Shown here: positions 29,551-38,672 of the stretch, piece by piece
Layout: each line of letters begins with the position of its first letter
Numbering within the stretch: the first letter of the stretch is position 1
Assembly: GCA_965206595.1 (NCBI GenBank)
Contig: OZ242214.1
Span: 5,824,001-5,888,000 of the forward strand
Reading direction: 5' to 3'
Source of the DNA: Candidatus Latescibacterota bacterium
GTDB lineage: Bacteria; Latescibacterota; UBA2968; UBA8231
DNA length: 64,000 nucleotides
Translations under genes and position numbers: made by a program
The notes under the pieces: model-generated
What the model was told of the DNA's origin: nothing
The model's input: only the letters and a program-made list of their open reading frames with translations
Databases searched by the model: none

Positions 29551-29694
29551 TTACTTGATGAACAGGTGCTCGATCTCGGCGAGGGCGACGTCCAGCTCCC
29601 GCCGGTCCGCGTTGTCGAGCGCCGCGGCCCCTGGCTGGCGCATCCAGCGCCGTCTGCACACCGGCAGAATCCCGCGAATTCGCTCCTCGCTCAT
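29551..29694 (-). pseudogene. Internally deleted DapA/NanA (DHDPS-family) gene remnant, 47 aa
   Basis: GGAGG RBS then MSEERIRGILPV fused in frame to CRRRWMRQPGAAALDNADRRELDVALAEIEHLFIK*; the halves resemble the N- and C-termini of DHDPS-family lyases. Confidence 0.55.
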
Positions 29695-29932
29695 GGTCGG
29701 CCCTCCGGCCGGCGACGCTGCGCCGGCTTCTGTCTATCAATGGAAGCGCCTGCATCGGCGCCGGATCCCACCCCCTGCCATCGTCCGTCGCGGACCCGGG
29801 CGCGGTTCCACAACAAAGCACCCCTGGATCGCGGCCACAAGCCGCGGCCTTCACTTGCCGCCGGCCCCCCCGGGCCCGTTTATCCTGCCTCGCGTCCAAG
29901 TTCACCGCTTCCCCAACTATTCAGACTTCGAG

Positions 29933-30697
29933 ATGAAACCTGCACGCCGAATCCTCGGCCGCATCGCCAGCGGCCGGCTGACCACCGGGGTGCTCGTCAC
30001 CGAGCAGCTGTTCCCGCAGATGATCGACTACTTCAGAACCGTCGGCCTCGATTACATGATCGTCGACTGCGAGCACGGCGCTTTCGACGACGGACTCGTG
30101 GCCGACGTATGCAGCCTGGGACGCATGGCGGACTTCGCCGTGCTCCTGCGGCCGATCGACTGCGACTACTCGACCATCCGCCGCGCCATCGACAGGGGGC
30201 CGTGCGGCTTCCTGCTTCCCTCGGTGGATTCGGCCGCCGACCTCGACCGCGTGCGCGACGCCATCTACATGCCCCCCCGGGGCAGGCGCAGGCCGGGCGG
30301 CCTCGGCAACTACTGGGTGCCCGACTACTCGGCCGAAACCTGGAGGGCCGAGGTGGAGGCGGACTTCATCGTGCTGCCGCAGATCGAGACCGTCGAGGGC
30401 CTGGAGAACGCCGGGGAAATCGCCGCCCACGAGCTCACCACGGCGATCGCCATCGGGCCCTACGACCTGTCCCATGCCATCGGCGTCGACGCGCAGATGG
30501 ACAACCCCGAGTTCCTGCGGGCGGTGGCGCGCATCCGCGAGGCGGGCGAGAAGGCCGGCAAGACCATGTGGGAGATCGGCGACGCCAGCCTCGTCGCCCG
30601 CGGCTGCCGCTTCATCTGCCTCGGCGAGGCGATGGCCCATCTCAGGGGATCGCTGTCGCAGGGAATCGAGAAAGCAAAAAAGGAGGCAGGGGAATGA
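29933..30697 (+). CDS. HpcH/HpaI aldolase family protein
   Basis: IVDCEHG, PPRGRR, QIETVEG, IGPYDLS. Confidence 0.9.
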   Translation: MKPARRILGRIASGRLTTGVLVTEQLFPQMIDYFRTVGLDYMIVDCEHGAFDDGLVADVCSLGRMADFAVLLRPIDCDYSTIRRAIDRGPCGFLLPSVDSAADLDRVRDAIYMPPRGRRRPGGLGNYWVPDYSAETWRAEVEADFIVLPQIETVEGLENAGEIAAHELTTAIAIGPYDLSHAIGVDAQMDNPEFLRAVARIREAGEKAGKTMWEIGDASLVARGCRFICLGEAMAHLRGSLSQGIEKAKKEAGE

Positions 30698-31677
30698 GCA
30701 GGTTCGCCGACTACGAGAGGGAGTTCTTCGCCAGCCAGCTCGACTCCTTCCTTCCGGACCGCGTCTTCGACGCGCACACCCACCTGTGGCGCAAGGAGTT
30801 CGTCGAGTGGTCGGTCCCCGGGGGGCCGGACGACGTCGGCTACCCCGAGCACTGCGAGTTGATGCAGGACCTGCACCCCGGCCGCCATACCGCGGGCCTG
30901 TTCCTGCCCTCGGTAGCCCTCGGCGGCGACGGCAGCTTCCGGCGGCAGAACGAGTGGGTCGCCCAAGCCGTGGCCGCTGCTTCGGACTGCCGCGGCATGT
31001 TCTTCGTCAGACCGGAGGACGACCCGGAGTGGGTGCGCCAGGAGGTGAAACGGCTCGGATTGCACGGCCTCAAGTGCTACCACACCATGGCCTCGGTGAA
31101 GCCGACCTGGGAGGCGGAGATCCCCGACTACCTGCCGGAACGGCTGGTGAAGGTGGCCGGCGAGGAAGGCTGGGCCATCACCCTGCACATGGTGAAATCG
31201 CGGGCCGCAGCCGATCCCGGCAACATTCACTGGATACGGCACTACTGCGAGACCTACCCGAACATGCGGCTGATCCTCGCCCACTCGGCGCGCGGCTTCC
31301 AGCCGGCGCACAACCTCGAGGGCCTGCCGCAGCTGGCCGGCCTCGACAACCTCTACTGCGACACCAGCGTCAACTGCGAGCCCATGGCCCACCAGGCGAT
31401 CATCCGCTTCCTCGGGCACGACAAGCTGATGTACGGGACCGACCTGCCGGTCTGCCACGGACGCGGCCGGTCGGTGGGGGTGGCCGACACCTTCCTCTGG
31501 CTGGGAGAGGAGACCCCGGTCTGGGAGGAGAAGCACCAGACCATCCAGCCGCTGGCGATCGGCCTGGAGCACCTGCGCTCGATCAAGTGGGCCTGCTGGG
31601 GGGAGCGCCTCGGGGACGCCGCGGTCGAGGACATCTTCTGGAACAACGCGGCGCGGCTGTTCGGCATCGAGGACTGA
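30694..31677 (+). CDS. Amidohydrolase family protein
   Basis: ATGA overlap; FDAHTH, GLKCYH, ILAHSARG, MYGTDLP, IFWNNAARLF. Confidence 0.88.
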   Translation: MSRFADYEREFFASQLDSFLPDRVFDAHTHLWRKEFVEWSVPGGPDDVGYPEHCELMQDLHPGRHTAGLFLPSVALGGDGSFRRQNEWVAQAVAAASDCRGMFFVRPEDDPEWVRQEVKRLGLHGLKCYHTMASVKPTWEAEIPDYLPERLVKVAGEEGWAITLHMVKSRAAADPGNIHWIRHYCETYPNMRLILAHSARGFQPAHNLEGLPQLAGLDNLYCDTSVNCEPMAHQAIIRFLGHDKLMYGTDLPVCHGRGRSVGVADTFLWLGEETPVWEEKHQTIQPLAIGLEHLRSIKWACWGERLGDAAVEDIFWNNAARLFGIED

Positions 31678-31685
31678 CGGGGAGG

Positions 31686-31717
31686 CCGCAGGAGGGATCC
31701 AATGGCGCTGAAGAAAT
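31686..31717. repeat. Left copy of imperfect direct repeat bracketing the R-M island
   Basis: CCGCAGGAGGGATCCAATGGCGCTGAAGAAAT aligns 29/34 with 43370..43403. Confidence 0.6.
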
Positions 31718-34141
31718 CCCAGCTCTACTCATCCCTCTGGCAGAGCTGCGACGAGCTGCGCGGCGGCATGGACGCCTCGCAGTACAAGGACTACGTCCTG
31801 ACGCTGCTGTTCATGAAGTACGTCTCGGACAAGTACGCCGGCAGCCCCGACGCCCTCATCGAAGTGCCCGAAGGCGGGGGCTTCGCCGACATGGTAAGGC
31901 TCAAGGGCGACAAGGAGATCGGCGACAAGATCAACACTATCATCGGCGAGCTCGCCGAGGCCAACGACCTCAAGGGAGTCATCGACCAGGCCGACTTCAA
32001 CGACGAGAGCAAGCTCGGCGCCGGCAAGGAGATGCAGGACCGGCTTTCCAAGCTGGTCGCCATATTCGAGGGGCTCGATTTCCGCGCCAACCGCGCCGAG
32101 GGGGACGACCTGCTCGGCGACGCCTACGAGTACCTGATGCGGCACTTCGCCACCGAGTCGGGCAAGAGCAAGGGGCAGTTCTACACCCCGGCCGAGGTCT
32201 CCCGCATCATGGCCAAGGTGGTCGGGGTCGGCCCGGATACCCGGCAGGACCAGACCATTTACGACCCGACCAGCGGCTCAGGCTCGCTCCTGCTCAAGGC
32301 CGCGGACGAGGCGCCGCGGGGGCATCACCGTGTACGGCCAGGAGATGGACAACGCAACCTGGGCCCTGGCCATGATGAACATGATCCTGCACGGCCATGA
32401 AACCGCCGAACTCTGGCGCGGCAACACCCTGGCTTCCCCGTACTTCAAAAACCCGAACGGTAGCCTCAAGACCTTCGACTTCGCCGTCGCCAAGCCGCCC
32501 TTTTCGGCCAAGGCCTGGTCCAGCGGCCTCGATCCGGTCAACGACGAGTTCAGGCGTTTCGAGTACGGGATTCCCCCGGCGAAGAACGGGGACTACGCCT
32601 TCCTTTTGCATTTGATCACTTCGCTCAACAGCAGGGGCAAAGGCGCGATCATCCTGCCGCACGGCGTGCTGTTCCGCGGCAACAAGGAGGCAGCCATCCG
32701 CAGGAATCTCATCCTCCGGGGCCTCATCAAGGGGATCATCGGCCTGCCCGCCAACCTCTTCTACGGCACCGGCATCCCCGCCTGCATCCTGATCCTCGAC
32801 AAGGAGAACGCCCACGCCCGCAGCGGCATCTTCATGATCGACGCGAGCAAGGGCTTCCTCAAGGACGGAAACAAGAACCGCCTGCGCGCGCAGGACATTC
32901 ACCTCATCGTCGACGTGTTCAACCGGCAGACCGAAGTGCCGCGTTATTCCCGCATGGTGCCGGTGGCCGAGATCGCCGATCCGGCCAACGACTACAACCT
33001 CAACATTCCGCGCTACATCGATTCCAGCGAGCCGGAAGACCTCCAAGACCTCGAGGCGCATCTGCAGGGCGGCATACCCGACCTCGACCTCGACGCGCTC
33101 GATACCTACTGGAACGTCTTCCCCTCGCTGCGCCAGGCGTTGTTTGCCGGCAACGGCAGGGCGGGCTACAGCGAGGCGCGGGTCGAGACACCGCAACAGA
33201 AGGCGGCCATCCTCGGTAACCGGGAGTTCAAGTCGTACGAGGCGCGGGTCGCTGGTATCTTTGAGGCATGGCGTGAGGCGCACGAGCCGGTTCTCAAGGG
33301 ACTGGAGGCGGGGGCCAATCCCAAGGAGGTCGTCGGCGGTTTGTCGGAAGACTTGCTGGCGAGATTTGCCGACTTGCCGCTTCTCGACTCCTACGACGTG
33401 TACCAACGGCTGATGGACTATTGGGAAGAGGTAATGCAGGACGACGTATATCTCATTGCCGCTGACGGCTGGACCGAGGCCGCCAGGCCGCGCGGCATCA
33501 TCGAGGACAGGGAAAGGAAGATCAAGGAGACGGCGGATCTGACCATCAAACGCAGGAAGTACAAGATGGACCTGATCCCCCCGGAGCTGATCGTCGCGCG
33601 CTACTTCGCCGATAAACAGGCCGCCATCGATGCGCTACAGGCAAGACAGGAAGCTGCCGCCCGCGAGCTGGAGGAGTTCGTTGAAGAGCACACTGGCGAC
33701 GGCTTGCTGGAGGATGCGGTCAACGACAAGGGCAAGGTCACCAAGGGCGGCGTGACAGAGCGGCTCAAGGCTATCCGATACGAGCTGGAGAGCGACGAGG
33801 AACGCGATGCCCTCAAGCACTGTCGGACCTTGATTGAGGCTGACGCCGAGGCGGGCAAGGCTGTCAAAGAGGCCCAAGCCCGTTTGGATGAGCAGGTGCT
33901 GGCCCGCTATGGCGTGCTCACTGAAGTAGAGATCAAGACGCTGGCGGTCGAGGACAAGTGGTTTGCGAGCATCCGGGGCGCAATCGAGGGTGAGGTGCAG
34001 CGGCTGACCCAGCAGCTCGCCGGGCGCGTGAAGGAACTGGAAGAGCGCTACGCCCGTCCGCTGCCGGAGTTGGAGCGGGAGGTGGAGGTGTTCGGCGCGA
34101 GGGTCGAGGGGCACTTGAAGCGGATGGGGATTTCGTCGTGA
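31702..34141 (+). pseudogene. hsdM: Type I R-M methyltransferase subunit, frameshifted
   Basis: MALKKSQLYSSLW..CDELRGGMD, GQFYTP, YDPTSGSG; extra G in G5 run 32318-32322 splits ..EAPRG/ITVYGQE; motif IV reads KPPF (AAG at 32492). Confidence 0.9.
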
Positions 34142-34245
34142 GGGAGAGATTCGTCCCGTTGAGTTCCGTACCTTTAGAAGAAGTGTGGTATGATGACCGG
34201 TCGTTGGCTGGCAACCTGAAGTCGTTCACTTTGGAGGAACAGTAA
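34138..34245 (+). CDS. 35-aa ORF coupled to hsdM and the antitoxin gene (possible hsdS relic)
   Basis: GTGA overlap with hsdM stop and TAATG overlap with next start; ends FTLEEQ. Confidence 0.35.
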   Translation: MRERFVPLSSVPLEEVWYDDRSLAGNLKSFTLEEQ

Positions 34246-34469
34246 TGGTAGAGCAAATAACCGTGTCAGTTGATTCCGATGTAGCCAAACTCTACCGTTC
34301 GGCTTCTGATAATGAGCGTCGCAAACTGGATTTGCTTGTCAATTTGTGTTTGCGTGATGCGACAGAATCCGGGAAATCACTTAGGGACACGATGCTGGAA
34401 ATCAGCCGCAACGCGCAACGGCGCGGTCTGACTCCGGAGATTTTGCAGTCCATCCTGGCCGACGAATGA
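34245..34469 (+). CDS. Small putative antitoxin
   Basis: GGAGG RBS, 74 aa, ends AQRRGLTPEILQSILADE; ATGA-coupled to PIN toxin remnant. Confidence 0.65.
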   Translation: MVEQITVSVDSDVAKLYRSASDNERRKLDLLVNLCLRDATESGKSLRDTMLEISRNAQRRGLTPEILQSILADE

Positions 34470-34638
34470 CCTGCTTCGTCTTCGATACAAACGTCATCAT
34501 CAGTGCTTTACTCTTCAACGATTCCGTACCAGGGCGGGCGTTCCTCCAGGCTTTGAATCATGGAATGATTCTGGTTTCCGGGGCATTGTTGGCGTAGAGA
34601 TTATAACGCCTGCCGAGTTCCTGAAATTGACCGCTTGA
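34466..34638 (+). pseudogene. PIN-domain toxin (PIN_3/TIGR00305-like) with internal deletion
   Basis: MTCFVFDTNVIISALL..ILVSGALLA* joined out of frame at GGCG (34591-34594) to the C-terminal GVEIITPAEFLKLTA*. Confidence 0.75.
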
Positions 34639-34644
34639 CCCGCG

Positions 34645-34725
34645 CAAGGTGCCATTGCCGAGGCGTTATCGGATGTGGATGGATTGCTCTCGGCGTTGGA
34701 GGAGCTGATCGCCAAGAAGCGGGCC
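34645..34725 (+). pseudogene. hsdS: hsdS conserved-region fragment
   Basis: QGAIAEALSDVDGLLSALEELIAKKRA matches QRAIAETLSDIDGLLKALEVLIAKKGA of the full hsdS at ~36671-36751. Confidence 0.75.
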
Positions 34726-34746
34726 TGTAGATTGCGGAGCGGTGCG

Positions 34747-36000
34747 ATGAAACGCCCGGAGCTTCTCGAACTGATAGCCGGCGGCTTGAACTCCGGAGTG
34801 GAGTTCAAGCGGGATGATTTGCGCCCGGAGCAACTGGCGCGGGAGGTGGTGGCGCTCGCCAACTTTCAGGGGGGGCGCGTCCTGCTCGGAGTGGAAGACG
34901 ACGGCACCGTCACCGGCATCCGGAGAGACGATCTTGAACAGTGGGTGATGGATTCCGTGTTCGGGCGCGTGGTGCATCCGATGATATTGCCGTTCTACGA
35001 GGAGGTTCCGATAGACGATGCACGCCGCGTCGCGGTGGTCACCGTTACGCAAGGTGCCACCAAACCGTACGTCGTCCGGTATCGCGGCAGGGAAGACATC
35101 TACATACGGATCGGCAGCACCTCGCGGTTGGCCTCGCGCGAGCAGCAGGCGCGGTTTTTCGCTGCCGGCGGGTTGATTCACACGGAGCTGTTGCCCGTTT
35201 CCGGCAGCGGCCTGTGCGACTTGAGCCGGGAACGGCTGGCGGACTACCTCACCGCAATCGTCGGCGGCCGGGAAGTTCCGGAGACCGAGGAGGCATGGAA
35301 TGAGCGGCTTTGCGCCTTGGGGTTCATGGTTGAGCGGGAGGACGGCCCGCCCGCCTGTACGATAGCCGGGTTGATCCTGTTCGGCTATCGGCCGCGACGC
35401 CTGTTGCGCCATGCCGGCATCCGCTGGATGTGCTTTGAGGGCCGGGAAAAGACCTACGATGCCCTTGACGATCAGGTGATTGAAGGGCCGCTTGTCGATC
35501 TTTGGCAGGTGCTGTCGGGGGGTCGTGAACTGGTGGAAAAGGGGCTGATCGAACGCCTCGCCGATGCGATGCGGCCGTTTGTTTCCGAGGAGGCCGGCCA
35601 GGTAGAGGAGTCCATGCGTCGGGAACGACGCTGGCACTATCCGCTGGAAGCCCTGCGCGAGGGTGTTGTCAACGCGCTGACCCATCGGGACTGGGCGCGG
35701 TACGAGGAGATTGAGGTGGTCCGGTATGCGGACCGGATAGAGATACTCAGCCCCGGTGCGCTGCAAAACGGCATGACGGTGGAAAAGATGATCGCTGGCC
35801 AACGGGTTCCGCGGAATTTGATCATCTCCGAGACGCTGCGGGATTACAGCTATACCGATGCACGAGGCATGGGGGTGCGGAACAAGATCATTCCGTTGAT
35901 GCGGGCGCATAACGGCGTTGACCCGGAGTTTGAGGCAACGGAGGATTTCTTGGGGTTGACGTTGCGCCGAGGCTCGGGGCGAAGGTCGGGGGGCACATGA
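34747..36000 (+). CDS. AlbA_2 (Schlafen-like) + HATPase_c_4 (RecG C-terminal-like) protein
   Basis: SGVEFKRD, VALANFQGG.VLLGVEDDG; EALREGVVNALTHRDW, IEILSPG, RNLII, RGMGV. Confidence 0.85.
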   Translation: MKRPELLELIAGGLNSGVEFKRDDLRPEQLAREVVALANFQGGRVLLGVEDDGTVTGIRRDDLEQWVMDSVFGRVVHPMILPFYEEVPIDDARRVAVVTVTQGATKPYVVRYRGREDIYIRIGSTSRLASREQQARFFAAGGLIHTELLPVSGSGLCDLSRERLADYLTAIVGGREVPETEEAWNERLCALGFMVEREDGPPACTIAGLILFGYRPRRLLRHAGIRWMCFEGREKTYDALDDQVIEGPLVDLWQVLSGGRELVEKGLIERLADAMRPFVSEEAGQVEESMRRERRWHYPLEALREGVVNALTHRDWARYEEIEVVRYADRIEILSPGALQNGMTVEKMIAGQRVPRNLIISETLRDYSYTDARGMGVRNKIIPLMRAHNGVDPEFEATEDFLGLTLRRGSGRRSGGT

Positions 36001-36019
36001 ACTGGATGGGGATTTCGCT

Positions 36020-37429
36020 ATGAGTCAAACATTCGATTTCGAGAGTTGCCCTGCTCCTCTGGAGGCGGAGAAATCCGAGGCAGTGTCTCGGATTCCTGGC
36101 AGCCCCGAGATTCAAAAAATTGGCAATGCCCTTGGAGCCGGACACCGTGCGCTATCGGAAAAGGTGCCAGCGGGTTACAAGCGGACTGAGGTGGGGGTGA
36201 TTCCAGAAGATTGGGAATGTCTCAGATTCGGAGACGCTGTCAATCTATTGACTGGCTTTCCGTTTCCAAGTTCAGGTTACGTGAACAGCGGTGTCCTTCT
36301 AGTTCGGGGTTCCAACGTTAAGCGCGGCACAATGGATTGGGGAGAGGAAATCACGCAGTGCTGGCCTGCAATAACTTCGGAGATCGAACGGTATGAGTTA
36401 TGCAAAGGCGATCTTGTTATTGCCATGGATGGAGCGTTGGTGGGGAGAAGTTATGCTGTCGTGTCTGACGCGGATCTTCCGAGTTTGCTGCTACAGCGTG
36501 TCGCGCGAATTCGATCTTTCCAGCTACACCAAGACCTACTGGCGTTCTTGGTGGCAAGTGATTCCTTTGTGAGTCACGTCGATTCAGTCAAGACGAACAC
36601 AGCTATACCTCACATTAGTCCCGAGGACATTCGGAGCTTTCCTATTGCTGTTCCTACCAATACTGAGGAGCAACGCGCTATCGCCGAGACATTGTCGGAT
36701 ATAGATGGTTTGCTCAAGGCGTTGGAGGTGCTAATCGCCAAGAAGGGGGCCATCAAGCAGGCCACCATGCAGCAACTCCTCACCGGCAAGACTCGTCTAC
36801 CGGGGTTCAACGGAAAGTGGGTGAGGAAGCGGTTGGGGGAGTTGGGTGCCTTCTCAAAAGGCCGTGGGATCAAGCGAGAGGATGTCTCTGACACGGGCTT
36901 CCCGTGTATCCGGTACGGAGAGCTTTACACACGATACAAGGACTATTTCCTGAACCCTGTGTCCCGTATTCCTCCGGCTGTCGCCCTGCAGGCAGTCCCG
37001 ATCAAGAAAGGCGACCTCCTGTTTGCGGGATCCGGTGAGACAGCAGAGGAGATCGGTATATGTGCGGCGTATCTTGGTGAAGGACCAGCCTATGCGGGTG
37101 GAGATCTCATCGCATTGACCCCGTCAGGGCAAAATTCGATTTACCTTGGCCACCTGATGAACCATCCAACAGTGGCGACACAAAAGGCTCGTATGGGTCA
37201 GGGAGACGCGGTCGTTCACATCAGTGCCAGAAACTTGGCTCAGGTGAGAATCGAGCTCCCTCCTCTTACAGAACAGACCGCCATTGCCGCTGTCCTCTCC
37301 GACATGGACGCCGAGATCGCCGCGCTGGAACGACGCCGGGCCAAGACCCGCACCGTCAAGCAGGGCATGATGCAGCAGCTTCTCACTGGCCAGGTGCGGC
37401 TGGTCGGATCGGAGCAGTCATGGCGGTAA
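36020..37429 (+). CDS. hsdS: Type I R-M specificity subunit
   Basis: GYKRTEVGVIPEDW, two TRDs separated by EEQRAIA..QQLLTGKTRLPGF, C-terminal EQTAIA..KQGMMQQLLTG; true start could be the later GTG (~36164). Confidence 0.93.
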   Translation: MSQTFDFESCPAPLEAEKSEAVSRIPGSPEIQKIGNALGAGHRALSEKVPAGYKRTEVGVIPEDWECLRFGDAVNLLTGFPFPSSGYVNSGVLLVRGSNVKRGTMDWGEEITQCWPAITSEIERYELCKGDLVIAMDGALVGRSYAVVSDADLPSLLLQRVARIRSFQLHQDLLAFLVASDSFVSHVDSVKTNTAIPHISPEDIRSFPIAVPTNTEEQRAIAETLSDIDGLLKALEVLIAKKGAIKQATMQQLLTGKTRLPGFNGKWVRKRLGELGAFSKGRGIKREDVSDTGFPCIRYGELYTRYKDYFLNPVSRIPPAVALQAVPIKKGDLLFAGSGETAEEIGICAAYLGEGPAYAGGDLIALTPSGQNSIYLGHLMNHPTVATQKARMGQGDAVVHISARNLAQVRIELPPLTEQTAIAAVLSDMDAEIAALERRRAKTRTVKQGMMQQLLTGQVRLVGSEQSWR

Positions 37430-37891
37430 CGTACTTAGATCAGGAGATCGAGTCGTTGGTACAGGAGCGCAAGCCTGCGCCTGCCGATTGGCGCAATCGG
37501 ATTCGTCTAAAACCCAAGCGGGGGCACGATGAGGAGCAACTGGATCTGACCGGTGATGCAGGTAACGAGTTCCGCTTGATCTTCAGGCAGAACAAGATCA
37601 ATCCGCTCGACTTCTCGGGCATCCTAGCTGTTCGAGTTCCGGGATCGAGCCAGATATTTCGCCTCCGGCAAGAGCCACGAACACACCAACCATATCGAAG
37701 ACGTCACATTTTATGATTTTCACATTCACTATGCGACGGAGCGGTATCAGGAACTCGGAACACGGGAGGACGCCTACGCCGAGCCGACTGATCGTTATGG
37801 CGATTTTCATGGTGCCCTTCGCTGTCTAATTTACGACGCGAGTCTCGAAATTCCGCCTGAACTGCAGAGCAAACTTTCCGAGGAGTGGTAA
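37420..37891 (+). pseudogene. DUF6978-like His-motif protein, frameshifted
   Basis: First frame ..QIFRLR continues in another frame from 37667 as GKSHEHTNHIEDVTFYDFHIHYATERYQ..EEW*, ending 3 nt before the next ATG. Confidence 0.65.
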
Positions 37892-37894
37892 GCC

Positions 37895-38671
37895 ATGTCC
37901 ATCGAGACCATAGAGCGAGACTTTCATGAGAAGGTTTCGGCGAAGGTTCGGCTGGCCGCGGAGGGTATCGAGCGTTTTCGCGTGCTCACCCCCTTCCTGT
38001 TTGAAGATGGCGATCACTTGGCCATCGTCCTGAAGAGGGAGGGAGCGCGATGGATGCTGTCCGATGAGGCGCACACGTACATGCACCTGACCTATGACAT
38101 TGATGAGAGGGATCTTCACGGCGGCACGCGCCAGAAGATCATCTCGAACGCATTGTCTACGTTTCAGATCGAGGACCGGGATGGCGAATTGGTCCTCGAT
38201 GTTCCGGATGAGCGTTACGGAGACGCCCTTTATTCCTTCATACAGGGGCTTCTCAAAATTTCCGACGTATCATACCTGTCGCGGGAACGGGTTCGGTCCA
38301 CGTTCATCGAGGATTTTCAGACGCTCCTGAGTGACGCTGTCACGGAAGAGCGAAGAAATTTCGACTGGAGCGACCCCGAACATGACCCCCACGAGATGTA
38401 CACAGTGGACTGCCGAATCAACGGCATGCACCGGCCACTTTTCGTTCACGCCCTTGCGAGTGACGGCAGGACCCGAGATGCCACAATTGCGTTGCTACAG
38501 TTCGAGAAGTGGGGGATTGGGTTCCGTTCCCTGGCCATTTTCGAGGATCAGGAGTCGATCAATCGCAAGGTATTGGCTCGCTTCAGCGACGTCTGCGAGA
38601 AGCAGTTCTCCAGCCTCACTGCGAACCGGGAAAGGATCACACGCTTTCTGCATGAAAGAATCCCAGGATGA
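37895..38671 (+). CDS. DUF1828 (+DUF1829-like) domain protein
   Basis: [42 protein letters not shown]. Confidence 0.75.
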   Translation: MSIETIERDFHEKVSAKVRLAAEGIERFRVLTPFLFEDGDHLAIVLKREGARWMLSDEAHTYMHLTYDIDERDLHGGTRQKIISNALSTFQIEDRDGELVLDVPDERYGDALYSFIQGLLKISDVSYLSRERVRSTFIEDFQTLLSDAVTEERRNFDWSDPEHDPHEMYTVDCRINGMHRPLFVHALASDGRTRDATIALLQFEKWGIGFRSLAIFEDQESINRKVLARFSDVCEKQFSSLTANRERITRFLHERIPG

Positions 38672-38672
38672 G

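Noticed and set aside
32318-32322. Phase-variable homopolymer switch in hsdM
   Set aside because: G5 is too short for high-frequency slippage, and the additional KPPF change argues for decay or error
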